Shown here piece after piece: positions 1 through 12,900 of a stretch of DNA of 64,000 nt (within the stretch, counting starts at the first letter, position 1; each line of letters begins with the position of its first letter). Source of the DNA: Malacoraja senta (lineage: Eukaryota); assembly GCA_038087875.1 (NCBI GenBank), contig CM075979.1, positions 39,680,001 through 39,744,000 on the forward strand, given 5' to 3'. The notes beneath the pieces are model-generated. The model did not search any database and had not been told where the DNA came from. It saw nothing but the letters and a program-made list of their open reading frames with translations. The position numbers were made by a program, and so were the translations under genes.

Positions 1-711
1 CATTTCAAAGAAAGAGCTTTACAGCTGTTGCTTGGGTAGACAAAAATGCTGGTGAGACTCAGCGGGTGAGGCAGCATCTATGGAACCTACATCTGTCTCT
101 TGCTAAGTGCAGATGATAGCAAGAAATGCATCCAATTATGAAGTTGATGCACAGTTCTAAACATGACAACATAAATTATAGAATCTTTTTGCTTTCTTAT
201 TTTTTTCCATTTGAGTTAATGTGGTTGAAGCTCTTAATAGTTTTAAATCACCGGAGGCTTCTTCCTCCAACCACTGAGCAACAGGATATATTTGATTCAA
301 ATGCTCCTTAAATGCAACATCTTGTTACGATAAAGTTCAACACCCCTACATTGTGCTTGACAGCAGCATTGATCAGAGAGGTTTGCTCACAATGTGGACC
401 TACACTTTTATACTGGAAATGTTGTGGTCCGCCCATGGTTTCTGTTATGGGCCAGATCATGCCTCCTGTGAAAAAAGTTATTTCTGCCCAAAAATGAACT
501 ACGCAACTGAGCAACATTACTGCAATTGCCGCTCACTCTTTGCTGATTTCTGTATTATATTCTCTCCGCAATTCCCTTTTACAAGGCCTGCCAGCCACAA
601 GCTACGATATGAAATCACGCACTGTGTTTGATCAAAGGAGAAACATCATTTCTTGATTCTTGATGCAAACACTTTGAAATTACAACCTGATTTTCTTTTC
701 TTTGCCTCCAG

Positions 712-924
712 GTCAGGCAACTGTGACGTCTACAGGTAAATCAGGCCTCTGTAACTTTATTCTGTGTACTGAAGATTGTAAAGTTATGAAGTACACAGGA
801 AGATGTGAAAGTACAACCAGACCAGCAGAAACTACAACAGCAGCTACAACAGTGACAGTAACACCAACGTCAAGAGGAACTACCACATGTACCTGTGAGA
901 ATGACGGGCGAATAATGTTACCTG
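712..924 (+). CDS. Repeat exon 1, type A
   Basis: tttgcctccag|GTCAG...CCTG|gtaagt; 213 nt, phase 1-1; GQATVTSTGKSGLCNFILCTEDCKVMKYTGRCESTTRPAETTTAATTVTVTPTSRGTTTCTCENDGRIMLP. Confidence 0.92.
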
Positions 925-3900
925 GTAAGTGTGTCAATTATCACAGATCTCTTCCATGAACATTGAAAAGACAAAGAAATCCATAATCCCAAAGCTGAAA
1001 ATGGCAGCAGCAATGATTGGCAATGGATGGCAAATAATCACACCCTTGCTTTTCATTGGGTAAACGTATGTCCACCCATTTCCAAGGTTAATTGTACACG
1101 CCTGATCACGCACCTTCAGGAGACATTGCCATCTCCTCGCAATAATGAATCATGCAACTGAGTATCCGTTCTGCAGTTGTCAAGTAATCGTCTGCTGATT
1201 CCTGTATTGTGCTTTTACATTCACTCTACAATTCCCTTTTACACAGCCTGTCAGCAGCAACCGGCTTTGCCAAAATGTTATGCTTCACAACCAGACCATG
1301 GTGCTTGCACAGATGTGGTTCAGAACGTCCCGATCCTTGATGCATTCTGCAAAATAATATTCTCATATTTCAAACTTACTTACTAAGTGAAATGCATGAA
1401 CCAGGGTCATCAGCAGAGATAAAGATATAACATGCAGGTTCACAAACCCTGATTTTCTTTACTTTGTCTCCAGGTCAGGCAATGGTGATTTCTGCCGGTA
1501 AATCAGAGCTGTGTAACTTTACTCTGTGTACTAAGGTTCAAATGATTATGGGCCAAACACAGGTAAATGGGACATTCAATTAGGTAATTTGGTTAGCTTG
1601 GATGAGTTTCAATGCTGTATATCACTATGACTCTGGTGGATTGGATTTGAGAGGCAGTTCCTGCTCCGAGTGTGTGTATGTCTACATGGTGGCTGTTGGT
1701 GTTGTTCCAAATCTCAGAATGAATCTTGGAATATTGTGAAACTTAAAGAGTCTGGAAAGAGAATTTGGAGAACTGATGTTAAACTACACATGAGTCCTTA
1801 AGGAGCCATCACTATATCTGGGAAATGTCTGGAAATGATGAGTCCCTGAAAGCACTGATGTCCAAAAGCTACCAATGTCAAACACCATCAATGAAAACTG
1901 ATTCCCATTTTTTGTATCCATTCATCCCAGTTGGAAAACAAATGTGTTTGTTTGCATTAATGACAGAGCTAGAAGAACCGCTGCCAACCAGCTCCAAAAA
2001 CGCAGACAATGCTGTTTGCTCAGATTTGGTTCAGAACATCCTGATCCTTGAAGCAGACAGCAAAATAATATTCACATATTTCAAACTTATTTCCCAAGTG
2101 AAAGACAAGAACCAACTTCAACATCATACATAAAGATAGTCATCAGTTGCATCACCTTGACGTGTACACAACCTGATTTTTTTTTCTTTGCCTCCAGGTC
2201 AGGCAACTGTGACTTCTGCAGGTAAATCAGGCCTCTGTAACTTTACTCTGTGTACTGAGGATTGTGAAGTTCTGAAGTACACAGGAAGATGTGAAACTAC
2301 AACCAGACCAGCAGAAACCACAACATCAGCTACAACAGTGACAGTAACACCAACGTCAAAAGGAACTACAATCTGTTCATGTGATGTTGACGGACATATA
2401 ATGTCACCAGGTAAGTGTGTCAGTAATCAGTGCTCTTCTGTTCACATTCCAAAGAAAGAGCTTTACGGCTGTCTCTTGGGGAGACAAAAATGCTGGTGAG
2501 ACTCAGCGGGTGAAGCAGCATCTATGGAACCTACATCTGTCTCTTGCTAAGTGCAGATGATAGCAAGAAATGCATCCAATTATGAAGTTGATGCACAGTT
2601 CTAAACATGTCAACATAAATTATAGAATCTTTTTGCATTCTTATTTTTTCCATTTGAGTTAATGTGGTTGAAGCTCTTAATAGTTTAAAATCACCGGAGG
2701 CTTCTTCCTCCAACCACTGAGCAACAGGATATATTTGATTCAAATGCTCCTTAAATGCAACATCATGTTACGATAAAGTTCAACACCCCTACATTGTGCT
2801 TGACAGCAGCATTGATCAGAGAGGTTTGCTCACAATGTGGACCTACACTTTTATACTGGAAATGTTGTGGTCCGCCCATGATTTCTGTTATGGGCCAGAT
2901 CATGCCTCCCGTGAAAAAGTTATTTCTGCCCAAAAATGAACTACGCACCTGAGCAACCTTACTGCAATTGCCACTCACTCTTCTGCTGACTTCTGTATTA
3001 TATTCTCTCCGCAATTCCCTTTTACAAGCCCTGCCAGCCACAAGCTACGATATGAAATCACGCACTGTGTTTGATCAAAGGAGGTGCATCATTTCTTGAT
3101 TCTTGATGCAAACACTTTGAAATTACAATCTGAATTTCTTTTCTTTGCCTCCAGGTCAGGCAACTGTGACGTCTACAGGTAAATCAGGCCTCTGTAACTT
3201 CATTCTGTGTACTGAAGATTGTAAAGTTATGAAGTACACAGGAAAATGTGAAAGTACAACCAGACCAGCAGAAACTACAACAGCAGCTACAACAGTGACA
3301 GTAACACCAACGTCAAGAGGAACTACCACATGTACCTGTGAGAATGACGGGCGAATAATGTTACCTGGTAAGTGTGTCAATTATCACAGATCTCTTCCAT
3401 TCACATTGAAAAGACAAAGAAATCCATAATCCCAGGGCGGAAAATGGCAGCAGCATTGATTGGTAATGGATGGCAAATAATCACACCCTTGCTTTTCATT
3501 GGGTAAACGTATGTCCACCCATTTCCAAGTTTAATTGTACACGCCTGATCACGCACCTTCAGGAGACATTGCCATCTCCTCGCAATAATGAATCATGCAA
3601 CTGAGTATCCGTTCTGCAGTTGTCAAGTAATCGTCTGCTGATTCCTGTATTGTGCTTTTACATTCACTCTACAATTCCCTTTTACACAGCCTGTCAGCAG
3701 TAACCAGCTTTGCCAAAATGTTATGCTTCCCAACCAGACCATGGTGCTTGCACAGATGTGGTTAAGAACGTCCCGATCCTTGACGCATTCTGCGAAATAA
3801 TATTCTCATATTTCAAACATACTTACTAAGTGAAATGCATGAACCAGGGTCATCAGCAGAGATAAAGATTTTTTTTAATTTTTAAAAAAAAATATTTTTA

Positions 3901-6900
3901 TTTTATTAGAATTAAGTACAATCGTATGGCACCAAAGTGCCTAATATATATTTTCATAATACATTTTATGTACAGCTTCTTATTTTTTTATTATAATAAA
4001 AAAGAAGAAAAAGAAATTAGATAATAAAGTATAGAAAAACGTGAGATATATAGTGTGTGAAAAAGTAGAAAAAAGAATGAAAGAAGAAAGTTAAAGAAAA
4101 GAAAAGTAAGGAGATCATTATTTATACTCTTGACCATCCCTCGCCCAGTCCCGAGACAATTAGCTTTTACAATTGTGTTGCACCATATGATTCCAAAAAG
4201 ACGACAAATGGGGACCAACTCGTTATGAATTGGTCTGATTTATCTATTAGGAGGAATCGCATTTCCTCAAGATGTGCGGTATCCAACATGCTTGCAATCC
4301 ACTTTTTGAGCGAGAGATAAAGATATAACATGCAGGTTCACAAACCCTGATTTTCTTTACTTTGCCTCCAAGTCAGGCAATGTTGATGTCTGTCGGTAAA
4401 TCAGGGCTGTGTAACTTTACTCTGTTTACTAAGGTTCAAATGATTATGGGTCAAACACAGGTAAATGGGACATTCAATTAGGTAATTTGGTTAGTTTGGA
4501 TGAGTTTCAATGCTGCATAACACTATGACTCTGGTGGCTTGGATTTGAGAGGCAGTTCCTGCTCCTAGTGTGTGTATGTCTACATGGTGGCTGTTGGTGT
4601 TGTTCCAAATCTCAGAAGAATCTTGGAATATTGTGAAACTTAAAGAGTCTGGAAAGAGAATTTGGAGAACTGATGTTAATTTACACATGAGTCCTTAAGG
4701 AGCCATCACTATATCTGGGAAATGTCTGGAAATGATGAGTCAAGCAGTTCCCTGAAAGCACCAATGTCCAAAAGCTACCAATGTCAAACACCATCAAGCA
4801 AATCTGATTCCCATTTTTTGTATCCATTCATCCCAGTTGAAAAAGATTGTGTTTGTTTGCATTATTGACAGACCTAGAAGAATCGCTGCCAACCAGCTCC
4901 AAAAACGCAGACAATGCTGTTTGCTCAGATTTGGTTCAGAACATCCTGATCCTTGATGCAGTCGGCAAAATAATATTCGCATATTTCAAACTTATTTCCC
5001 AAGTGAAAGACATGAACCAGCTTCAACATCATACATAAAGATAGTCACCAGTTACATCACCTGCAGGTGGACACAATCTGATTTTTTTTTTCTCTTTGCT
5101 TCCAGGTCAGGCAACTGTGACTTCTGCAGGTAAATCAGGCCTCTGTAACTTTACTCTGTGTACTGAGGATTGTGAAGTTCTGAAGTACACAGGAAGATGT
5201 GAAACTACGACCAGACCAGCAGAAACCACAACATCAACTACAATAGTGACAGTAACACCAACGTCAAAAGGAACTACAATCTGTTCATGTGATGTTGACG
5301 GACATATAATGTCACCAGGTAAGTGTGTCAGTAATCAAAGTGCTCTTCTATTCACATTTCAAAGTAAGAGGTTTACCTCAGTCTTTAGCTTTGTGCAGAT
5401 GATTGCAAGAAATGCATCAGATTATGAAGCTGATGCATTACACTATACGTCAACAAAAATTATCGCAACTTATTGCTTTCAATGAATTTCCGTTTGAGTT
5501 AATGAGGTCAAAGTTTTTCATATCTCCAATGCGACCTTCTTCCTTGCAACCATAGAGCTACAGGATATATTTGGTTCAAATGCTCCTTAAATTCAACATC
5601 ATATTACGATACAGTTCAACATCCCTACATTGAGATTAGCAGCAGAATTGATCAGTAGAGGTTTGTACACAATTCCGAACCTCCACATCTGTACTAGAAA
5701 TTCTGTGGTCCACCCGATCCCATGGCTGTGTTATGGGCCTGATCATGCCCTGCTGAAAATGATATTTCTTCACAAAAATACACAATGCAATTAAGCAACC
5801 TTACTGTAATTCCCGTTAACTCTTCTGCTGGATTCTGTGTTGAGTTTTTCCATTCTATCGGCAATGCCATTTTGCAAGGCCTGCCAACCACAAGCTACGA
5901 TATGAAAACACACACTGGTATTTTTCAGGGGAGGGACAGAATTTATTGATTCTTGAGACAAACACATTGAAATTACATTAGAGCCTCCTCAACAATTCTG
6001 CACAACTGAAATATTCATATCCAACATCATACATAAAAATATTTATCAGTTACATCACCTTCAGGTGTACACAACCTGATTTTAATGTTTTGTCTCCAGG
6101 TCAGGCAACTGTGACGTCTACAGATAAATCAGGCCTCTGTAACTTTATTCTGTGTACTGAAGATTGTAAAGTTATGAAGTACACAGGAAGATGTGAAAGT
6201 ACAACCAGACCAGCAGAAACTACAACAGCAGCTACAACAGTGACAGTAACACCAACGTCAAGAGGAACTACCACATGTACCTGTGAGAATGACGGGCGTA
6301 TAATGTTACCTGGTAAGTGTGTCAATTATCACAGAGCTCTTCCATGAACATTGAAAAGACAAATAAATCCATAATCCCAGGGCTGAAAATGGTAGCAGCA
6401 TTGATTGGTAATGGATGGCAAATAATCACACGCTTTTCATAGGGAAAACGTATGTCCACCCATTTCCAAGGTTAATTGTACACGCCTGATCACGCACCTT
6501 CAGGAGACATTGCCATCTCCTCGCAATAATGAATCATGCAACTGAGTATCCGTTCTGCAGTTGTCAAGTAATCGTCTGCTGATTCCTTTATTGTGCTTTT
6601 ACATTCACTCTACAATTCCCTTTTACACAGCCTGTCAGCAGCAACCGGCTTTGCCAAAATGTTATGCTTCACAACCAGACCTGGTGCTTGCACAGATGTG
6701 GTTCAGAACGTCCCGATCCTTGACGCATTCTGCGAAATAATATTCTCATATTTCAAACACACTTACTAAGTGAAATGCATGAACCAGGGTCATCAGCAGA
6801 GATAAAGATTTTAAAAAAAAATATTTTTATTTTATTAGAATTAAGTACAATCGTATGGCACCAAAGTGCCTAATATATATTTTCATAATACATTTTATGT

Positions 6901-9900
6901 ACAGCTTCTTATTTTTTTATTATAATAAAGAAGAATAAGAAAAAGAAATTAGATAATAAAGGATAGAAAAACGTGAGATATATAGTGTGTGAAAAAGTAG
7001 AAAAAAGAATGAAAGAAAAAAGTTAAAGAAAAGAAAAGTAAGGAGATCATTATTTATACTCTTAACCATCCCTCGCCCAGTCCCGAGACAATTAGCTTTT
7101 ACAATTGTGTTGCACCATATGATTCCAAAAAGACGACAAATGGGGACCAACTCGTTATGAATTGGTCTGATTTATCTATTAGGAGGAATCGCATTTCCTC
7201 AAGATGTGCGGTATCCAACATGCTTGCAATCCACATTTTGAGCGAGAGATAAAGATATAACATGCAGGTTCACAAACCCTGATTTTCTTTACTTTGCCTC
7301 CAAGTCAGGCAATGTTGATGTCTGCCGGTAAATCAGGGCTGTGTAACTTTACTCTGTTGACTAAGGTTCAAATGATTATGGGTCAAACACAGGTAAATGG
7401 GACATTCAAGTAGGTAATTTGGTTAGTTTGGATGAGTTTCAATGCTGTATAACACTATGACTCTGGTGGCTTGGATTTGAGAGGCAGTTCCTGCTCCTAG
7501 TGTGTGTATGTCTACATGGTGGCTGTTGGTGTTGTTCCAAATCTCAGAAGAATCTTGGAATATTGTGAAACTTAAAGAGTCTGGAAAGAGAATTTGGAGA
7601 ACTGATGTTAAGTTACACATGAGTCCTTAAGGAGCCATCACTATATCTGGGAAATGTCTGGAAATGATGAGTCAAGCAGTTCCCTGAAAGCACCAATGTC
7701 CAAAAGCTACCAATGTCAAACACCATCAAGGAAATCTGATTCCCATTTTTTGTATCCATTCATACCCAGTTGAAAAAGATTGTGTTTGTTTGCATTATTG
7801 ACAGACCTAGAAGAACCGCTGCCAACCAGCTCCAAAAACGCAGACAATGCTGTTTGCTCAGTTTTGGTTCAGAACATCCTGATCCTTGATGCAGTCGGCA
7901 AAATAATATTCGCATATTACAAACTTATTTCCCAAGTGAAAGACATGAACCAGCTTCAACATCATACATAAAGATAGTCACCAGTTACATCACCTTCAGG
8001 TGGACACAATCTGATTTTTTTTTCTCTTTGCTTCCAGGTCAGGCAACTGTGACTTCTGCAGGTAAATCAGGCCTCTGTAACTTTACTCTGTGTACTGAGG
8101 ATTGTGAAGTTCTGAAGTACACAGGAAGATGTGAAACTACGACCAGACCAGCAGAAACCACAACATCAACTACAATAGTGACAGTAACACCAACGTCAAA
8201 AGGAACTACAATCTGTTCATGTGATGTTGACGGAAATATAATGTCACCAGGTAAGTGTGTCAGTAATCAAAGTGCTCTTCTATTCACATTTCAAAGTAAG
8301 AGGTTTACCTCAGTCTTTAGCTTTGTGCAGATGATTGCAAGTAATGCTTCAGATTATGAAGCTGATGCATTATACTATACGTCAACAAAAATTATCGCAA
8401 CTTATTGATTTCAATGAATTTCCGTTTGAGTTAATGTGGTCAAAGTTTTTCATTGCTCCAATGCGACCTTCTTCCTTGCAACCATAGAGCTACAGGATAT
8501 ATTTGGTTCAAATGCTCCTTAAATTCCACATCATATTACGATACAGTTCAACATCCTACATTGAGATTAGCAGCAGAATTGATCAGTAGAGGTTTGTACA
8601 CAATTCCGAACCTCCACATCTGTACTAGAAATTCTGTGGTCCACCCGATCCCATGGCTGTGTTATGGGCCTGATCATGCCCCGCTGAAAATGATATTTCT
8701 TCACAAAAATACACGATGCAACTAAGCAACCTTACTGCAATCCCCGTTAACTCTTCTGCTGGATTCTGTGTTGAGTTTTTCCATTCTATCGGCAATGCCA
8801 TTTTGCAGGGCCTGCCAACCACAAGCTATGATATGAAAACACACACTGGTATTTTCTCAGGGGAGGGACAGAATTTATTGATTCTTGAGACAAACTAATT
8901 GAAATTATATTAGAGCCTCCTCAACAATTCTGCACAACTGAAATACTCATATTCAACATCATACATAAAGATATTTATCAGTTACATCACTTTCAGGTGT
9001 ACACAACCTGATTTTAATGTTTTGTCTCCAGGTCAGGCAACTGTGACGTCTACAGGTAAATCAGGCCTCTGTAACTTTATTCTGTGTACTGAAGATTGTA
9101 AAGTAATGAAGTACACAGGAAGATGTGAAAGTACAACCCGACCAGCAGAAACTACAACAGCAGCTACAACAGTGACAGTAACACCAACATCAAGAGGAAC
9201 TACCACATGTACCTGTGAGAATGACGGGCGAATAATGTTACCTGGTAAGTGTGTCAATTATCACAGAGCTCGTCCATGAACATTGAAAAGACAAATAAAT
9301 CCATAATCCCAGGGCTGAAAATGGTAGCAGCATTGATTGGTAATGGATGGCAAATAATCACACGCTTTTCATTGGCAAAACGTATGTCCACCCATTTCCA
9401 AGGTTAATTGTACACGCTTGATCACGCACCTTCAGGAGACATTGCCATCTCCTCGCAATAATGAATCATGCAACTGAGTATCCGTTCTGCAGTTGTCAAG
9501 TAATCGTCTGCTGATTCCTTTATTGTGCTTTTACATTCACTCTACAATTCCCTTTTACACAGCCTGTCAGCAGCAATTGCTTTGCCAAAATGTTATGCTT
9601 CACAACCAGACCCTGGTGCTTGCACAGATGTGGTTCAAAACGTCCCGATCCTTGATGCATTCGGAGAAATAATATTCTCATATTTTAAACTTTCTTACTA
9701 TGTGAAATGCATGAACCAGGGTCATCAGCAGAGATAAAGATATAACATGCAGGTTCACAAACCCTGATTTTCTTTACTTTGCCTCCAGGTCAGGCAATGG
9801 TGATTTCTGCCGGTAAATCAGGGCAGTGTAACTTTACTCTGTGTACTAAGGTTCAAATGATTATGGGCCAAACACAGGTAAATGGGACATTCAATTAGGT

Positions 9901-12900
9901 AATTTGGTTAGCTTGGATGAGTTTCAATGCTGTATATCACTATGACTCTGGTGGATTGGATTTGAGAGGCAGTTCCTGCACCTAGTGTGTGTATGTCTAC
10001 ATGGTGGCTGTTGGTGTTGTTCCAAATCTCAGAATGAATCTTGGAATATTGTGAAACTTAAAGAGTCTGTAAAGAGAATTTGGAGAACTGATGTTAAGTT
10101 ACACATGAATCCTTAAGGAGCCATCACTATATCTGGGAAATGTCTGGAAATGAGGAGTCCCTGAAAGCACTGATGTCCAAAAGCTACCAATGTCAAACAC
10201 AATCAAGGATAACTGATTTTCATTTTTTGTATCCATTCATCCCAGTTGAAAAAAAAGTGTGTTTGTTTGCATTAATGACAGAGCTGGAAGAACTGCTGCC
10301 AACCAGCTCCAAAAACGCAGACAATGCTGTTTGCTCAGATTTGGTTCAGAACATCCTGATCCTTGATGCAGACAGCAAAATAATATTCACATATTTCAAA
10401 CTTATTTCCCAAGTGAAAGACAAGAACCAGCTTCAACATCATACATAAAGATAGTCATCAGTTGCATCACCTTGACGTGTACACAACCTGATTTTTTTTC
10501 TTTGCCTCCAGGTCAGGCAACTGTGACTTCTGCAGGTAAATCAGGCCTCTGTAACTTTACTCTGTGTACTGAGGATTGTGAAGTTCTGAAGTACACAGGA
10601 AGATGTGAAACTACAACCAGACCAGCAGAAACCACAACATCAGCTACAACAGTGACAGTAACACCAACGTCAAAAGGAACTACAATCTGTTCATGTGATG
10701 TTGACGGACATATAATGTCACCAGGTAAGTGTGTCAGTAATCAAAGTGCTCTTCTGTTCACATTCCAAAGAAAGAGCTTTACAGCTGTCTCTTGGGTAGA
10801 CAAAAATGCTGGTGAGACTCAGCGGGTGAGGCAGCATCTATGGAACCTACATCTGTCTCTTGCTAAGTGCAGATGATAGCAAGAAATGCATCCAATTATG
10901 AAGTTGATGCACAGTTCTAAACATGTCAACATAAATTATAGAATCTTTTTGCATTCTTATTTTTTCCATTTGAGTTAATGTGGTTGAAGCTTTTAATAGT
11001 TTAAAATCACCGGAGGCTTCTTCCTCCAACCACTGAGCAACAGGATATATTTGAATCAAATGCTCCTTAAATGCAACATCTTGTTACGATAAAGTTCAAC
11101 ACCCCTACATTGTGCTTGACAGCAGCATTGATCAGAGAGGTTTGCTCACAATGTGGACCTACACTTTTATACTGGAAATATTGTGGTCCGCCCATGGTTT
11201 CTGTTATGGGCCAGATCATGCCTCCCGTGAAAAAAGTTATTTCTGCCCAAAAATGAACTACGTAACTGAGCAACCTTAATGCAATTGCCGCTCACTCTTC
11301 TGCTGATTTGTGTATTATATTCTCTCCGCAATTCCCTTTTACAAGGCCTGCCAGCCACAAGCTACGATATGAAATCACGCACTGTGTTTGATCAAGGGAG
11401 GTACATCATTTATTGATTCTTGATGCAAACACTTTGAAATTACAACCTGATTTTCTTTTCTTTGCCTCCAGGTCAGGCAACTGTGACGTCTACAGGTAAA
11501 TCAGGCCTCTGTAACTTTATTCTGTGTACTGAAGATTGTAAAGTTATGAAGTACACAGGAAGATGTGAAAGTACAACCAGACCAGCAGAAACTACAACAG
11601 CAGCTACAACAGTGACAGTAACACCAACGTCAAGAGGAACTACCACATGTACCTGTAAGAATGACGGGCGAATAATGTTACCTGGTAAGTGTGTCAATTA
11701 TCACAGAGCTCTTCCATTCACATTGAAAAGACAAAGAAATCCATAATCCCAAAGCTGAAAATGGCAGCAGCATTGATTGGTAATGGATGGCAAATAATCA
11801 CACCCTTACTTTTCATTGGGAAAACGTATGTCCACCCATTTCCAAGGTTAATTGTACACGCCTGATCACGCACCTTCAGGAGACATTGCCATCTCCTCGC
11901 AATAATGAATCATGCAACTGAGTATCCGTTCTGCAGTTGTCAAGTAATCGTCTGCTGATTCCTTTATTGTGCTTTTACATCCACTCTACAATTCCCTTTT
12001 ACACAGCCTGTCAGCAGCAACCGGCTTTGCCAAAATGTTATGCTTCACAACCAGACCCTGGTGCTTGCACAGATGTGGTTCAGAACGTCCCGATCCTTGA
12101 TGCATTCGGCGAAATAGTATTCTCATATTTCAAATGTACTTATTAAGTGAAATGCAAGAACCAGCGTCATCAGCGGAGATAAAGATATTTTATGATTAAA
12201 TAACATGCAGGTTCACAAACCCTGATTTTCTTTACTTTACCTCCAGGTCAGGCAACTGTGATTTCTGCAGGTAAATCAGGCCTCTGTAACTTTACTCTGT
12301 GTACTGAGGATTGTGAAGTTCTGAAGTACACAGGAAGATGTGAAACTACGACCAGACCAGCAGAAACCACAACATCAGCTACAACAGTGACAGTAACACC
12401 AACGTCAAAAGGAACTACAATCTGTTCATGTGATGTTGACGGAAATATAATGTCACCAGGTAAGTGTGTCAGTAATCAAAGTGCTCTTCTATTCACATTT
12501 CAAAGTAAGAGGTTTACCTCAGTCTTTAGCTTTGTGCAGATGATTGCAAGTAATGCATCAGCTTATGAAGCTGATGCATTATACTGTACATCAACAAAAA
12601 TTATCGCAACTTCTTGCTTTCAATGAGTTAATGTGGTCAAAGTTTTTCATTGCTCCAATGCGACCTTCTTCCTTGCAACCATAGAGCTACAGGATATATT
12701 TGGTTCAAATGCTCCTTAAATTCCACATCATATTACGATACAGTTCAACATCCCTTCAATGAGATTAGCAGCAGAATTGATCAGTAGAGGTTTGTACACA
12801 ATTCCGAACCTCCACATCTGTACTAGAAATTCTGTGGTCCACCCGATCCCATGGCTGTGTTATGGGCCTGATCATGCCCCGCTGAAAATGATATTTCTTC

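Noticed and set aside
3991-4218. Hydrophobic minus-strand ORF resembling a membrane peptide
   Set aside because: It is an alternative frame across the L1 fragment and its T-rich 3' UTR; the low complexity explains the hydrophobicity.
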